From NCBI RefSeq assembly GCF_002113885.1, contig NW_018408920.1:591192-655191 (forward strand): a DNA stretch of 64,000 nt. The letters are read 5' to 3'. This document shows positions 52,141-64,000 of the stretch, one piece after another. Source of the DNA: Mizuhopecten yessoensis. Lineage: Eukaryota. The notes beneath the pieces are model-generated. The model did no database searches and was not told where the DNA came from. It saw only the letters and a list, made by a program, of their open reading frames with translations. The number at the start of each line of letters is the position of its first letter. Within the stretch, counting starts at the first letter, position 1. The translations under genes and the position numbers were made by a program.

Positions 52141-53599
52141 AGTAAACGATGTCTGGAAAGATTGCTGGAATATTTCATTAGTGGTAAATAGTAGGACAAT
52201 AACGGGAAAAAATATACTCACTCACTCTCTTACATGTATACCGTATTACCATGTGTTGTATTGTTAGAACTTGCATATATATAAAGACATTACGTAAATG
52301 TGTTTTTTTTTTAAATAGGATCATATACTATATTTCTGTTTGTTTCTGGAATAATGTATTGGGATATAGGAGATCGCGAGCAGCAACTCATTAAGCATCA
52401 TACAATGTAGTAATACCGGTATGTTGAAAACTTATGAATACATGTATGTGTGTTAATATTTGTATACAAGTTACGTTGTTCTTGTGGGTTTTTTTAATTA
52501 GATAACATTTTGATGATTTTTTTACCTTTAATTATTTCCGGGTAATTGAGTGTTCCATGTATATAAAGTGTATGCTTATGTTTGTCTCAATATTGAATGG
52601 CTATTAATTCTATTAAGAACTACAACAAATATATAAACGAGGGTTATTTATCATCAAGAATATTATTTGAAGCTCAACATTGGCAGTTATCTAACTGTGT
52701 AATTTAATTTTTTTCCTGGCATGAAACAATTCGAACGAGTTTATATAATTATCAGTGGTTTCTTTTGTAAAGCCGATGGAAAGCATAAAGTTACACATCT
52801 GTATACACCTGTTTCATTTAGACAACAGTGTTGTGACCATGTATGATGGGAACGACTAGCTAAGCGGCGCGTGCACGTGCACGTGATTGACATGTATTTA
52901 AGTATGGCTTTCGCCACGTGTCATCTGACCCAGTTTTTACACATGACCATTGATTGACTACAAATAAAATAACTTCTGTATGTCTTTGATTTCTCTCCGA
53001 TTTGTAGTAAACCATTCCCGCGATCATTTACTTTATAGATAATGAAAATCATTGTTCTATGTTTTATCCGATATGATAACGATACATTATTGTATACTAT
53101 TCCCACGATAATTAATTTCGTAAATTAATGAAATTCATTTTTCTATATATTATCCAATAACACAAAGATTAATGACTGTATATCAGTCCCGTGAAATTAC
53201 TTCATAAATGATGAAATATATCTTGCAATATTTTTTCCATTAAAACAACGATAAATGGGGTGATTCAAACGCCTTCGCCCCAAGTTACAGACACATAGGG
53301 TTCCAACACCAAACATGTTTATGGCCATTATTGTACTTGACACGGGGAACATTTTAAACATCCTTGGCCTTGCATCAGAGACTGAATACATTATTATAGG
53401 TACTGAATTGGAACTCCAAATCATTATTTGCCGTATTATTACACTTATTTTACATGTTAGATCTACATCTTGCGGAACCCATAGTCTGGGCGTGTGTATA
53501 TCAATCCATGTTTCTCTTCATGTTCGATAATGAGTGATTTTAAACAGATGTATACATGTAAAGTAAGTACTAATATTAATACCCGGCCTAAAACAATTC

Positions 53600-54210
53600 T
53601 CTCGTCGTCAGAAAGCTACGTTATCTTAGCTAATGTACAGTGTCCAGCCTTTGGTGTCAGCATCAGATGTACCTATGTATATTTTACAATATAGGTGATC
53701 TCTTCCTGCCTCTAAACTCAGCAAATGTAAATATCAGCTTTCAATATACGGTTAAACAGTTATGTGTAGATGTGCATCCTAATCCAGGACCTAATACAAG
53801 TAGTGACCAATATATTTCTGACAACATTACACTCTGTCATATAGCTACTTGTTCACCAAGGAACATGGAGAATGTGATATTGTCTGTGTTAGCGAGACTC
53901 ATCTGAACACTTCAATTACAGATGATGATATTCTGACTGAAATTTGTTCTACTGTTATTCGAAATGATAGACAACACAGACGAGGAGGAGGTGTTCTTAT
54001 ATATGTAAAAGAAACAATATTATTGCAAAACGCAGAACAGATATTGAATCTGATGATGTTGAGGTTGTCTGGATAGAAATTAAACTACAAAACAAACTTA
54101 TACTTGTTGGGTGTTTATACAGGGCTCCAGATTCTATAGCAGATTACTGGAGCAAGTTAGATGAAGTCCTTGAAAAAGTCTGTGATCTGAATAAAAGTGT
54201 ATTTCTTCTC
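53600..54210 (+). mobile_element. Degraded CR1-group LINE, 5' ORF2 fragment (2A-like motif + APE endonuclease)
   Basis: DVHPNPGP, DIVCVSETHL, IRNDRQHRRGGGVLIYVK, EVVWIEI, VGCLYRAP, read across frameshifts. Confidence 0.8.
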
Positions 54211-54271
54211 TATGGCAAGCCAACTTAACATTTATTCAAGGAGCAATGTCGATCCTGTATTTCAAAAAAAA

Positions 54272-54985
54272 AAGATATCTTATATAGCATATGAGATATC
54301 TTATATACTATATAAGATATTTTATATCGTATACAAGATATCTCATATAGTATATGAGATATCTTATATAGTATATGACATATCTTATATAATATATAAT
54401 ATATAAGATATCTTATATACTATATGAGATATAGAAATTAAATGAGATGCTATATAAGATATCTTATATGATATAAAAGATATCTTATATCTTATAATAT
54501 CGTATATAAGATATCTTATATAATATATAAGATATCTCATATAGCTATATGAGATATCTTACATAATTAAAGTCTCGTTACGAAATAAGATATCTTAAAT
54601 AGGAACGAGATTTTAACAAAATGTCGAAAATGAAGTCTCCCCGTACGGAATATCTCGAGGATCTACGTAGGGACAGTAGGCTTGTTGTAACAACACGTGT
54701 TCCTGTCGCCGCCATTATGTCTGAGCCACTTCAAGAGTGCGGGAAATGGCAGCCTCTGCTTTGGCTGCTATAAGAGAGACAAGGCGAGCTTGGCCTAGGG
54801 AAAATACAGCATCCGTACCATCCCTCTCCGCCATTGCGCCCAATGCAATCCTGAATGTGCACCGAATGATTCTCGAGGGAGAAATTAGTTTCTAGTTTTT
54901 AATGCCACGAAATCTCATTCTATATCAGATATCTTATATAGCAACGATATTTCAATTATATAAGATATCTCATATAGCTATGCTA
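54272..54985. repeat. AT-rich AGATATCT-palindrome array around a GC-richer core; probable non-autonomous element
   Basis: tataagatatcttata units at 54272-54600 and again at 54920-54980. The core contains cgccgccatt and ccgccatt. Confidence 0.7.
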
Positions 54986-54988
54986 CAG

Positions 54989-55633
54989 CTATCAAATTGC
55001 TCTCAATTAATGGAAACTACCTGACACACAACAGTATCTCTACCTTACATCGGAGTGACTTTCAATCCATCCCCAGACTAGTTTCGTAACAAATGGCTCA
55101 TTGTGAAATTCAAACAATTGCAGATGACACATTTTTATCACGTGGTTCGTTGACATATCTAGATCTGTCATATAACAACATTCCCCGTATAACTGACCAG
55201 AGATTTTTGGGGCAAACAAATCTGGTTTCCCTACATATCAGCGGGAATCCGCATTGTGATCTGAGTGAGAAGACTTTTGGAAGTCTTTCGAATCTGCAAG
55301 AACTCTTTATTGCTGAAATGGACTTGGAACGCCTTATTCCTGTTATGTTCACAAATTTGAAACATCTCAGACTTTTGGATGACCATGGAAACAAAATACG
55401 GAAAATTGAATTTGATTTTGGCGCTGTATTCCTAAACTTACAACACTTGGATTTATCGAGAAACATTCTCAAGAGACTGCCCAAATGGTACAACGACACG
55501 TTCTCACATCTCACTACCGTCAAAATGTCGGGAAATGCTCTCCAATGTAATTGCAAATTACGATGGTTAAAACATTCAACGAAAAAAGCTCTAGACCCTG
55601 AATATGCCAGTGGCGCATTAGTTTGCTACGGCC
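54989..55633 (+). pseudogene. LRR-Ig copy 2, pseudogene truncated at both ends (LRR-LRRCT only)
   Basis: Colinear with copies 1 and 3 from IKLLSINGNY to LVCYG; TAA at 55087-55089 where the paralogs have TTA; no signal peptide, Ig or TM. Confidence 0.9.
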
Positions 55634-57108
55634 TAGGGTATCATATTCGATGTGCTAAACACTAGCTGTATCACTTTATTAATATTCACTGGGAAAATAT
55701 TCTTGCTACTAAGGGGGATGCAATATCGTATCGTTTAATATCAAAGTATGGAAAACATGGTATTGTATTCGATGCGCTAATATGATTCCACTTTCATCAA
55801 TACTTTGAATGACTTTAACATGACACATTTTAATCTGCATTCTGTGGAAGTGAAAATTAGAGGTGGCCAATTTTTTATAATTCAGTGTTGACGTCATTCC
55901 GCTTTCGGTTTACTTCCATTGCAAATATATGCACCATGATTTAGCAGGAATGTCATTTTTTGCTAAGGGTTCCAAATCCGAGATTGTGCCAAAATTGTTC
56001 CGTCATTTAAATTGCAGGGACACAATGCATTTAAATAATAAAACATAAAATTAACCGCGACAGTATATATTTTTATTTTTGTATTGTTTTAGGTTGTACT
56101 GAAATTAGTAAGGCCCTAAATTAATAATACTTAACAATAAGTATTATCGCAATATATACATTTTTCTGACCTGTACATTGACATTGATCCAACGTTCATG
56201 CAGATATATATGTAAATATTCCATAATTTGTTTCGATAGTATATATACAAAGAAAGTATGTGCTTCTGGTGGTGTCATAACCTTATCAATTGCTGAACTG
56301 AAATATAGTCTTCCCCGGTGAATCTCTAACAAGGTGAAAGTACCAGGGAAGTATTTAAAACTCTTATGTCGGTTTTTTTTTTATTATATCTAACCATTTC
56401 AAAGAATTTTTATAGGTTTTTTTCTCATTTCAATTTCATATATTTGTATATATAAAAAGTATTTATTCAAACTTTTGAATTTTTTGATCAAATTTCCTTC
56501 AAAACTCCTGACCCTCGTTCAAATGACGACATCATAGCCAGAATTATTTTATATACATTACTTTTTGTACAACACAAAATCTGCAGGCCAGAGACCAGAA
56601 TCTGGCATCATAAATAAGGAAGTATCATGAAATAGTGTATCCTTATTAATTTGATTTTAATAGGATCCATTACATGTATCATTTTTTGGTACATTTTATG
56701 AACATTTGTTAAGATTCGGGGTACGGATAAAAAGGAGTGTACGTATTTATCATATTCAACATACCTCCCATGTTGCACCAAATGTATGACATGTCACCCT
56801 GTACACAATGGCTGACATACAGAAATAGCGACGTTATCATTTTATTCCTGCTGTAGCCTGATTTAATGGGTCGAGGAGGTCTGCATACCTCGGACGCACG
56901 CGACTGAGTAATTTGTATGCGCCAATAAATGATCGTAGGCCCTGTGCAGCAGGGGGTTCGGTAGACGATAAGACAGCCACCTTGTGAGGGCTTAAATATA
57001 TTTTGGAATTTTGCTTCGCGTATATTGCGTGCTGTTTCTTTTTATCATTATCAACACCACAGAAAATATACAGATTCGAGAAATCAGAAGGATTTATAGC
57101 GAATAGAT

Positions 57109-58443
57109 ATGGAACAAAACAGGTATACTACCATGGAAATTACGTTTTTGATATTAGTGCTTTTTGTATTACCTGGGAATAGTCATACGCCTTTGTCTTG
57201 TCCAACGAGTTGTGTGTGCCAAAGCACCTTTGCGGTTCGTTGTAGTGCAGGATTCACGGCGTTTCCGTCACCACTGACCGATTCCATCAAATTGCTCTCA
57301 ATTAATGGAAACTACATGACACACAACAGTATCCCTACCATACATCGGAGTGACTTTCAATCCATGCCTGGACTAGTTTCGTTACAAATGGCTCATTGCG
57401 AAATTAACACAATCGCAGATGACACATTCTTATCACGTGGTTCGTTGAACTATCTAGATCTGTCATATAACAACATTCCCCGAATAACTGACAAGACATT
57501 TTTAGGGCTAACAAATCTGGTTTCCCTACAGATCAGCGGGAATCCGCATTGTGAGCTGAGCGAGAAGACTTTTGATAGTATTTCGAATCTGCAAGAACTC
57601 TATATTGCCGAAATGGACTTGGAACGCCTTCCTTCTGTTATGTTCACAAATTTGAACCATCTCAGACTTTTGGATGTCCATGGAAACAAAATATGGAAAA
57701 TTGAATTTGATTTTGGGGCTGTATTCCCGAACTTACAACACTTGGATTTATCGAGAAACCTTCTAAAGGGACTGCCCAAACGGTACAACGACACGTTTTC
57801 ACATCTCACTACAGTCAAAATGTCTGAAAATCCTCTCCAATGTAATTGCGAATTACGATGGTTAAAGCATTCAACGAAAAAGGCTCTGGACCCTGAATAT
57901 GCCAGTGACGCATTAGTTTGCTACGGCCCAGAACGTCTGAAATATGCTCCGATTTTGCGCGTTCCTGATTTAGAGTTTAAGTGTGTTGCACCCCAAATAG
58001 TCAATTGTACAACTGAAACGTACGTTGTGATGGAAACGTCATCCCTTCGGATGTGGTGTGAATTGGGGGGAGATCCATATCCGGATGTGACCTGGACAAG
58101 ATATGATGGAAAGAATGTAGAATTCACTTACGAAAACACTTCAAACTACTATGTTTCTAGAACAGGATCCTTGGACATTTTCAACGTCTCAAAGGCCGAT
58201 GACGGTACGTGGACACTCGGTGTCAGCAATACAGATGGCCAGAACAGTCACCAACTGATAGTTTTCGTTACTCCATACACTTCAACACCGACGGCACAAG
58301 GGCAAATGAAGACAGCAGAAACGTTGACGACTAACAGGTCGACAACAGGAATAATGACAACGCTTAGTGGTAAGAAAGGTAAGGAAAACAACGCTGTCAA
58401 CAATAAGATTGGGACAGTGACGGGAGATTATGAAACACCATAG
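57109..58443 (+). CDS. LRR-Ig protein copy 3, 444 aa: signal peptide + LRR + LRRCT + Ig, no TM (predicted secreted)
   Basis: Intact ORF; hydrophobic N-terminus ITFLILVLFVLPGNS; CPTSCVC LRRNT; core nearly identical to copy 1. Confidence 0.9.
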   Translation: MEQNRYTTMEITFLILVLFVLPGNSHTPLSCPTSCVCQSTFAVRCSAGFTAFPSPLTDSIKLLSINGNYMTHNSIPTIHRSDFQSMPGLVSLQMAHCEINTIADDTFLSRGSLNYLDLSYNNIPRITDKTFLGLTNLVSLQISGNPHCELSEKTFDSISNLQELYIAEMDLERLPSVMFTNLNHLRLLDVHGNKIWKIEFDFGAVFPNLQHLDLSRNLLKGLPKRYNDTFSHLTTVKMSENPLQCNCELRWLKHSTKKALDPEYASDALVCYGPERLKYAPILRVPDLEFKCVAPQIVNCTTETYVVMETSSLRMWCELGGDPYPDVTWTRYDGKNVEFTYENTSNYYVSRTGSLDIFNVSKADDGTWTLGVSNTDGQNSHQLIVFVTPYTSTPTAQGQMKTAETLTTNRSTTGIMTTLSGKKGKENNAVNNKIGTVTGDYETP

Positions 58444-58474
58444 CTGTCACATATGGCATAAAAATACTATGTGA

Positions 58475-59050
58475 ATTGATTTTTTCATTATATTATATGA
58501 TTTCATCAATATATTATTCGATTTTATCATTATTTTATTTGTTTTCATCATTATGTGATTTGATTTTATCATTATATTATATGATTTTACCATTTAATTT
58601 ATGTTATATGATTTCATCAATATATTATTTGATATCAGCAATATATGATTTTAATTTTTCATTATATGATTTGGTTTCCATTGTATTGTAAGTTTTCATC
58701 ATATATATTGTTTGATTTTATCATCATATGATTTGATGTTATCGTTATTTGATTTGGTTTCACCATTATATTATACGCTGTTGTCATTATATGATTTTGT
58801 TGTGTAGTTATATTATTCGATTTCATCAATATATGATTGAACTTAATGGTTATATCATTTAGTTTCAACATCATATTATATGCTTTCGTCATTATATGAT
58901 TTAGTGTAATCGTTATATTATTCGATATTTTATCAGTATACCATTCCGTAATCATATTATTAACAAACATCATGAATAAACATACCGTTATATGATTGCA
59001 CAATTTCATTATATAATTGTACAACTTCATTTTACGTTGGATACGATTCT
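58475..59050. repeat. Degenerate AT-rich short-period (7/21-bp) array
   Basis: Recurrent ttatatgatt / ttcatca / tatatta. Confidence 0.75.
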
Positions 59051-59299
59051 GACAAGCGTCTCCGCGAATCCTAAGTAAACGGAACTTTTCACCGGAGCCC
59101 CTTTCTGCCATGTTACTACCGCCATTTCTGAAAGAAAGTGCTACCAAAGCTGTGCATAGTCTTTTGTAAGTATAGCTATATCAATGATGAAGGTAACTGA
59201 TAGTGGCCGATTGAGACAACTGACCTACATTTTGCGACCGATCTCTTTAAAACCTGGTATGCATTACCAGGTTTCCATTCATCACTATCTTCGGACGTT

Positions 59300-62200
59300 G
59301 CTTTTAAGGATATAACAGACAACACGAGGTAAGAACACTACAATTCCAACACAAACAATAACAGCTACACTAATATCGCTATCACTTCTTCTCTTCTGGG
59401 TCACAAACAAGTCGAACATTTTCCACAATCATAGGACACAAATACACAACAACACATTCGGTTTCGACGAAAACAGACTCGCCCAACATGAAAAACACGA
59501 CACACCACTCACACTATTCCCCGCAATATCCACACGTCTCAAACACAAATACACAAAACCAAGCAACTCTTACATCTTTATCTTCATACTCGCAATATCA
59601 TCAGACACTGAACTTAACCCAGGGCCCAGAGCACTCAAATACCCATGCGGAACATGCAACAAAGCCGTCACATGGCAAACAAATACATCTCACAACAGCT
59701 TCCAGAATTAGAAACAGATAACGAATCCATTTGGGCCAACATCAAAATGTCAAACTCACACAACTTCATAGTAGGTGCATACTACAGACCACCATCAGAT
59801 AAAGGACATTCATTCACAGAACTCGAAATATCACTGAACAGAATAGGAACACAGAACAACACAATAACATTTATTAGCGGAGACTTCAACCTCCCACACA
59901 TAGATTGGTCAAACAACACCACAACACCAGGCAAACCAGACAAAACCCTGCACCAACGCCTTCTAGACATCATCGACGACAACTCCCTCACCCAAACCAT
60001 AGACAAACCCACAAGAGGAGAACACATCCTTTACCTAACATTCACAAATCGTACATCCCTCATCAATAAACAAGAAATAGTCCCACCGATAGGCAAGGCA
60101 GATCACGACATCATATATACAGAAGCAGACATTAGTCTACAAAAAACACGCAAACCACCTCGGAACATTAACCTATATAACAAAGCAAACAGGGACAACA
60201 TCAGAAAAGACCTCACTAATATAAATAACAACTTTCAGGACCTAGAACATCAAAACACAGAAAACCTCTGGGTAAGTTTCAAAACAACACTCTAAACATC
60301 TACAGAAAAAAACATTCCAATAAAATCACTAGCATACAAACACAGACTACCCTGGATGAACAACTCACTTCGCCGCCTCTCAAACAAGTCTAAACGCCTC
60401 CACCAAAAATCAAGGAAAACCACAAACTTATCCACACATACAAAACAGTAAAAGCTGATTGCAAAAACAAACCCGCAATGCATACCTACAATACATTGAG
60501 AAGATAATTACCTACCTACTTCTCGTCTATCAAAACCACAAAAAAAGAAAACACAGACATCATAGCATTACGTAAAAACGGCCACCTCACAGAAACAAAG
60601 GCAAACATACTAAATGAACAATTCCAAGAAGCCTTCACACTAGAACAAAACACAACAATACCTGACAAAGGAATATCAGCTCATCCACTCATGCCAGATA
60701 TACACATAACATGCCAAGTCGACAAACTACTATATAGCATTAACCCACACAATGCAACAGGCCCAGACCATATACACGGCAGAATACTGAAAGAACGCAA
60801 AGATATCACAGCACCAATACCAACAAAAATATTCTAAACATCATTCAACACAGGAACATTATCCAGTGACTGGAAACACGCCAACGTAAACCCTATACAA
60901 AGAAAGAGACAAATACAACCCAACAAACTACAGATCAATATCACTCACATGCATCGCATGCAAACTCCTAGAACACATCATCACAAGCGCAACCATGAAA
61001 CACTTAGAAGACAACAAAATACTGCATGACCTACGACATGGCTTTCATACATCAAGATCTTGCGAAACACAACTCATTACATTCATACAAGACCTCACAC
61101 AGAACCACAACAACAACAAACAAACAGACATGATCATAATGGACTTTGCCAAAGCCTTCGACAAAGTCCCACAAAAACACCTACAGTACAAACTAAATTA
61201 GTACGGCATCACCGGAACCATACTAACATGGATAACAGACTTCCTATCGCAACGCACCCCAACAGTAGTACTTGAGGGCAAACACTCCGACAAAATACCA
61301 GTAACATCTGGAGTGCCTCAGGGAACCTTTTTGGGACCAGTCCTCTTCCTCATATACATCAACGACTTCCCAGAATACATATCACACAGTACACTAAGAC
61401 TTTTTGCAGACGACAGTATACTATACAAAACAATTAACAACAAAGACGAAACGACAAAACTACAAACAGATTTAGATGCAGCTAGTAAATGGGAAGAGGA
61501 CTGGTTCCACCCAGACAAATGCACCATACTCACTATATCACCAAAACGCACAAACATTAAACACCAATACACACTCCATGACCACACACTAGTATATGTA
61601 ACTTCAAACAAATACCTAGGCATTACACTTCAAAACAACTAAAAAATGGGACAAACACATTAAAAACATCAAATCAAATGCAAATAAATCACTATGCTTT
61701 CTGAAACGCACGCAACCTAAAATTAAAATTCACCACACATACAAAACATGCATGCAAGACCATTGTAAGACCAAATCTCAAATACTGCTCTTCAGTTTGG
61801 GGCCCACATTATACAAATAACATAAATCAATGAGAACAAGTACAATGAAGAGCAGCAAGATATGTCCTAAAAAAATACCATACCACAAGCTCAGTCACAG
61901 ATATGATACACAACTTGCAATGGCCAACACTACACACACGCAGAACAAGAACACGCATTATTCTTCTCTACAAAATTATACACCAACAAGTTGCAATACA
62001 CACCAACAATCTCATCCCGTCAGACACCAGAACACGTCAAGGACACTACCTTAGTTACAGACATAATTATCCACACATCCAAAGACACATACAGACACTC
62101 ATTCTTTCCATACACCATCATACAGTGGAACCTCCTACCCAAAACAATAATCCTATCAGAAACACCAGCAGAATTCAGGACATGCACATAATCCAACATA

Positions 62201-62378
62201 TACAAAACTTACAACATAACAAACACTCACTCACTGCTTTTAACTTTTTTTTTTCATTTTGCAAATAACAAAAATCAAAAAAAAAATCACTACATAATAA
62301 TAAACGCACAACAGCACAAGACCGACTTAATCGTCGGTATCGACGGAGGAAGTAGAAAAGATGAAGAAGATGAAGATA
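59300..62378 (+). mobile_element. Near-full-length degenerate LINE (CR1/L2 group): 2A-like motif, truncated PHD-like finger, APE endonuclease, RT
   Basis: DTELNPGP; YPCGTCNKAVTW; YYRPP, GDFNLPHIDW, PTRGEHIL, ADHD; HGF..SRSCETQL, DFAKAFDKV, GVPQGTFLGPVLFLIYIND, FADDS; SFFPYTIIQWNLLP; (GAAGAT)n-like tail. Many stops and frameshifts. The 5' boundary is uncertain. Confidence 0.92.
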
Positions 62379-62394
62379 ATCATAATATCCAGCT

Positions 62395-62710
62395 ATGTGT
62401 CCCTGAATGGCATTTTGGATCAACTTTTTTTTGCAAAAGTTATTCCTCTTTGTTTTATTTCAGTATTTGTTTTTTTTGTCCGGAGATCTCCTACAATTTT
62501 CGACTGATCTCTTTGAAACTTGATAGGATATATCATTATATATAGTTGTGTTACGCTGAACGGCATTTTCATTCGACTATTTTTGCAAAACTTATTCCCC
62601 TTTGTTTATTTCAGTGTTTGATATATGTCCCGAGATCTCCTACAACATTTTTCGACCGATTTCTTTGAAACTTGGTAGGCTTTATAATCGTGATATCAAG
62701 TTGTGTTTAA
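62395..62710. repeat. Two diverged ~155-bp tandem units, probably HINE core repeats
   Basis: ctgaa-ggcattt...ttttgcaaaa-ttattcc-ctttgttt...gagatctcctacaa...tctttgaaacttg occurs twice. Confidence 0.65.
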
Positions 62711-62879
62711 TGAGTTGGGGACTAACCTCTGAATACTTGTATTCCTCAAACTGTTAGAAAATTAAACATTGACTTTGTAGTGAAAGGTGAGGGTTATATA
62801 TAGCATGCCACCTAAATATACCCACTGTACAAATCTTATTTCAATGCAAGATAGTGTATATAACACTATATGACATTCG

Positions 62880-63250
62880 ACGGGCGTTATTGTTCCGCCA
62901 CGCAGTACTCTTGTTGTCCATCGTCGTCCATCTGTCCGAAAACAATTGACATTTTCTGCTTCTGTCAGTTCTTAAAATTTTGCATTTAAACATTCCATGA
63001 CCAAAGGTCAACACAAATTGTAAACTATCGTCACTCCCCACCCCGAGGGGCGTGAGAGGCGGGGCCTAAAAGGGTCAAATTGACTGAAATTTCAAAAATC
63101 TTCTCAATTAAGACCAAGGTATGGTAGAATTAAATACTGTTCAGGAATAAAGGGTCTTAAGGCTCTTAACAAAAATTGTGATTTTTCTTTGACCCCGAAT
63201 CTGACATTTCCCCTTGGGGAGAGAGTAAAATTTACAATAGAGTAGGCCAA
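62880..63250 (+). mobile_element. HINE-like element fragment
   Basis: gtccatcgtcgtccatctgtcc microsatellite, then a core resembling 16757-17100 (aaattgtaaa...cccc...ggcggggcc...tttcaaaaatcttctc). Confidence 0.55.
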
Positions 63251-64000
63251 ATACAAAAATATTGTTTGTTGCTACTAACCCGGCCAACTGACCGAGTAAA
63301 AAATAAATGTCACAAAATACGGAGAAGCTATTGTTTTTAGGGTCCTTGAATAGTATCACCCAAAAACATGGTCAGTCGGATGTTTTATAGTGACTGTTGT
63401 ATCTTCTTTGAAGCATCATATTAAATATCAAGACTTGTGATCTCAAAATGGCCATGCATGAAACCCATGTCACCACCTCATGTGTTCCAGCTAAGCAGGC
63501 GTAGCAGGGCACCATGCCCTATCCTACTTTTCAAAATACCCTGTCTCTTGATGTAAATTCTATGTCCTGGCTGTTTTTGAGCCTTTTTGTGTGAAAAAAC
63601 TTGCTAAAAGGTTTGTAAATAACCAACAGAACCAAATAACTCCATCCCCCTGGCAGCGATGCTGAGTTTGCAAGTCACTATAGTCAGTCACTAATTCATT
63701 GTCCTAATTTTGTATTGTAATTAAATTAAATTAATACTGTTAGCCTCCAGATGTAGCGAGTCTAGCGACCAGTCGTCACGTCTAATATTATCACTGATAA
63801 TGTGAAATCAAATGATGGAATTATTTTTAAATCAGCAAATGTTTGTATTTTGCTTATATTGTCTAGGGTGTGTCTGACTTTGGTGGACCACGAAAAGAAT
63901 TTTGCCGTTTAGTATTGATGGCCATCAAAGAAAAATACTTTGATCATGATCTTAGGAGTTTGCTCTGTGAAGACTATGTCACCATGGCCATTACCAAGAT

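Noticed and set aside
58662-59147. 161-aa minus-strand ORF
   Set aside because: Low-complexity translation of the AT-rich periodic array.

Overview
This is AT-rich, intron-containing animal genomic DNA. The repeat types (V-type tRNA SINEs, Helentron-associated elements with ~160-bp core repeats, 2A-carrying LINEs) point to a mollusc, probably a bivalve; this is inference. Well-supported genes: (1) an intact 8-exon DEG/ENaC (ASIC-like) channel on the minus strand (43854-35224, 494 aa, one GC-AG intron); (2) a cluster of three single-exon LRR-Ig genes on the plus strand. The first has a mucin stalk and TM but an early in-frame TGA and a second, VNTR-frameshifted TM tail; the second is a truncated pseudogene; the third is an intact 444-aa copy without a TM. 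The first 25 kb is dominated by minisatellites (34, 41 and 48 bp units) and a four-unit higher-order tandem duplication. Scattered splice-flanked minus-strand segments there may form an unannotated receptor-like gene with a tyrosine-motif tail, and two minisatellites appear to have grown out of its exon edges. The rest is SINEs, MITEs, a 5-kb long-TIR element and degraded LINEs. There are no CRISPR arrays and no supportable rRNA or tRNA genes. All alignments and translations were done by eye; coordinates of repeats are approximate.
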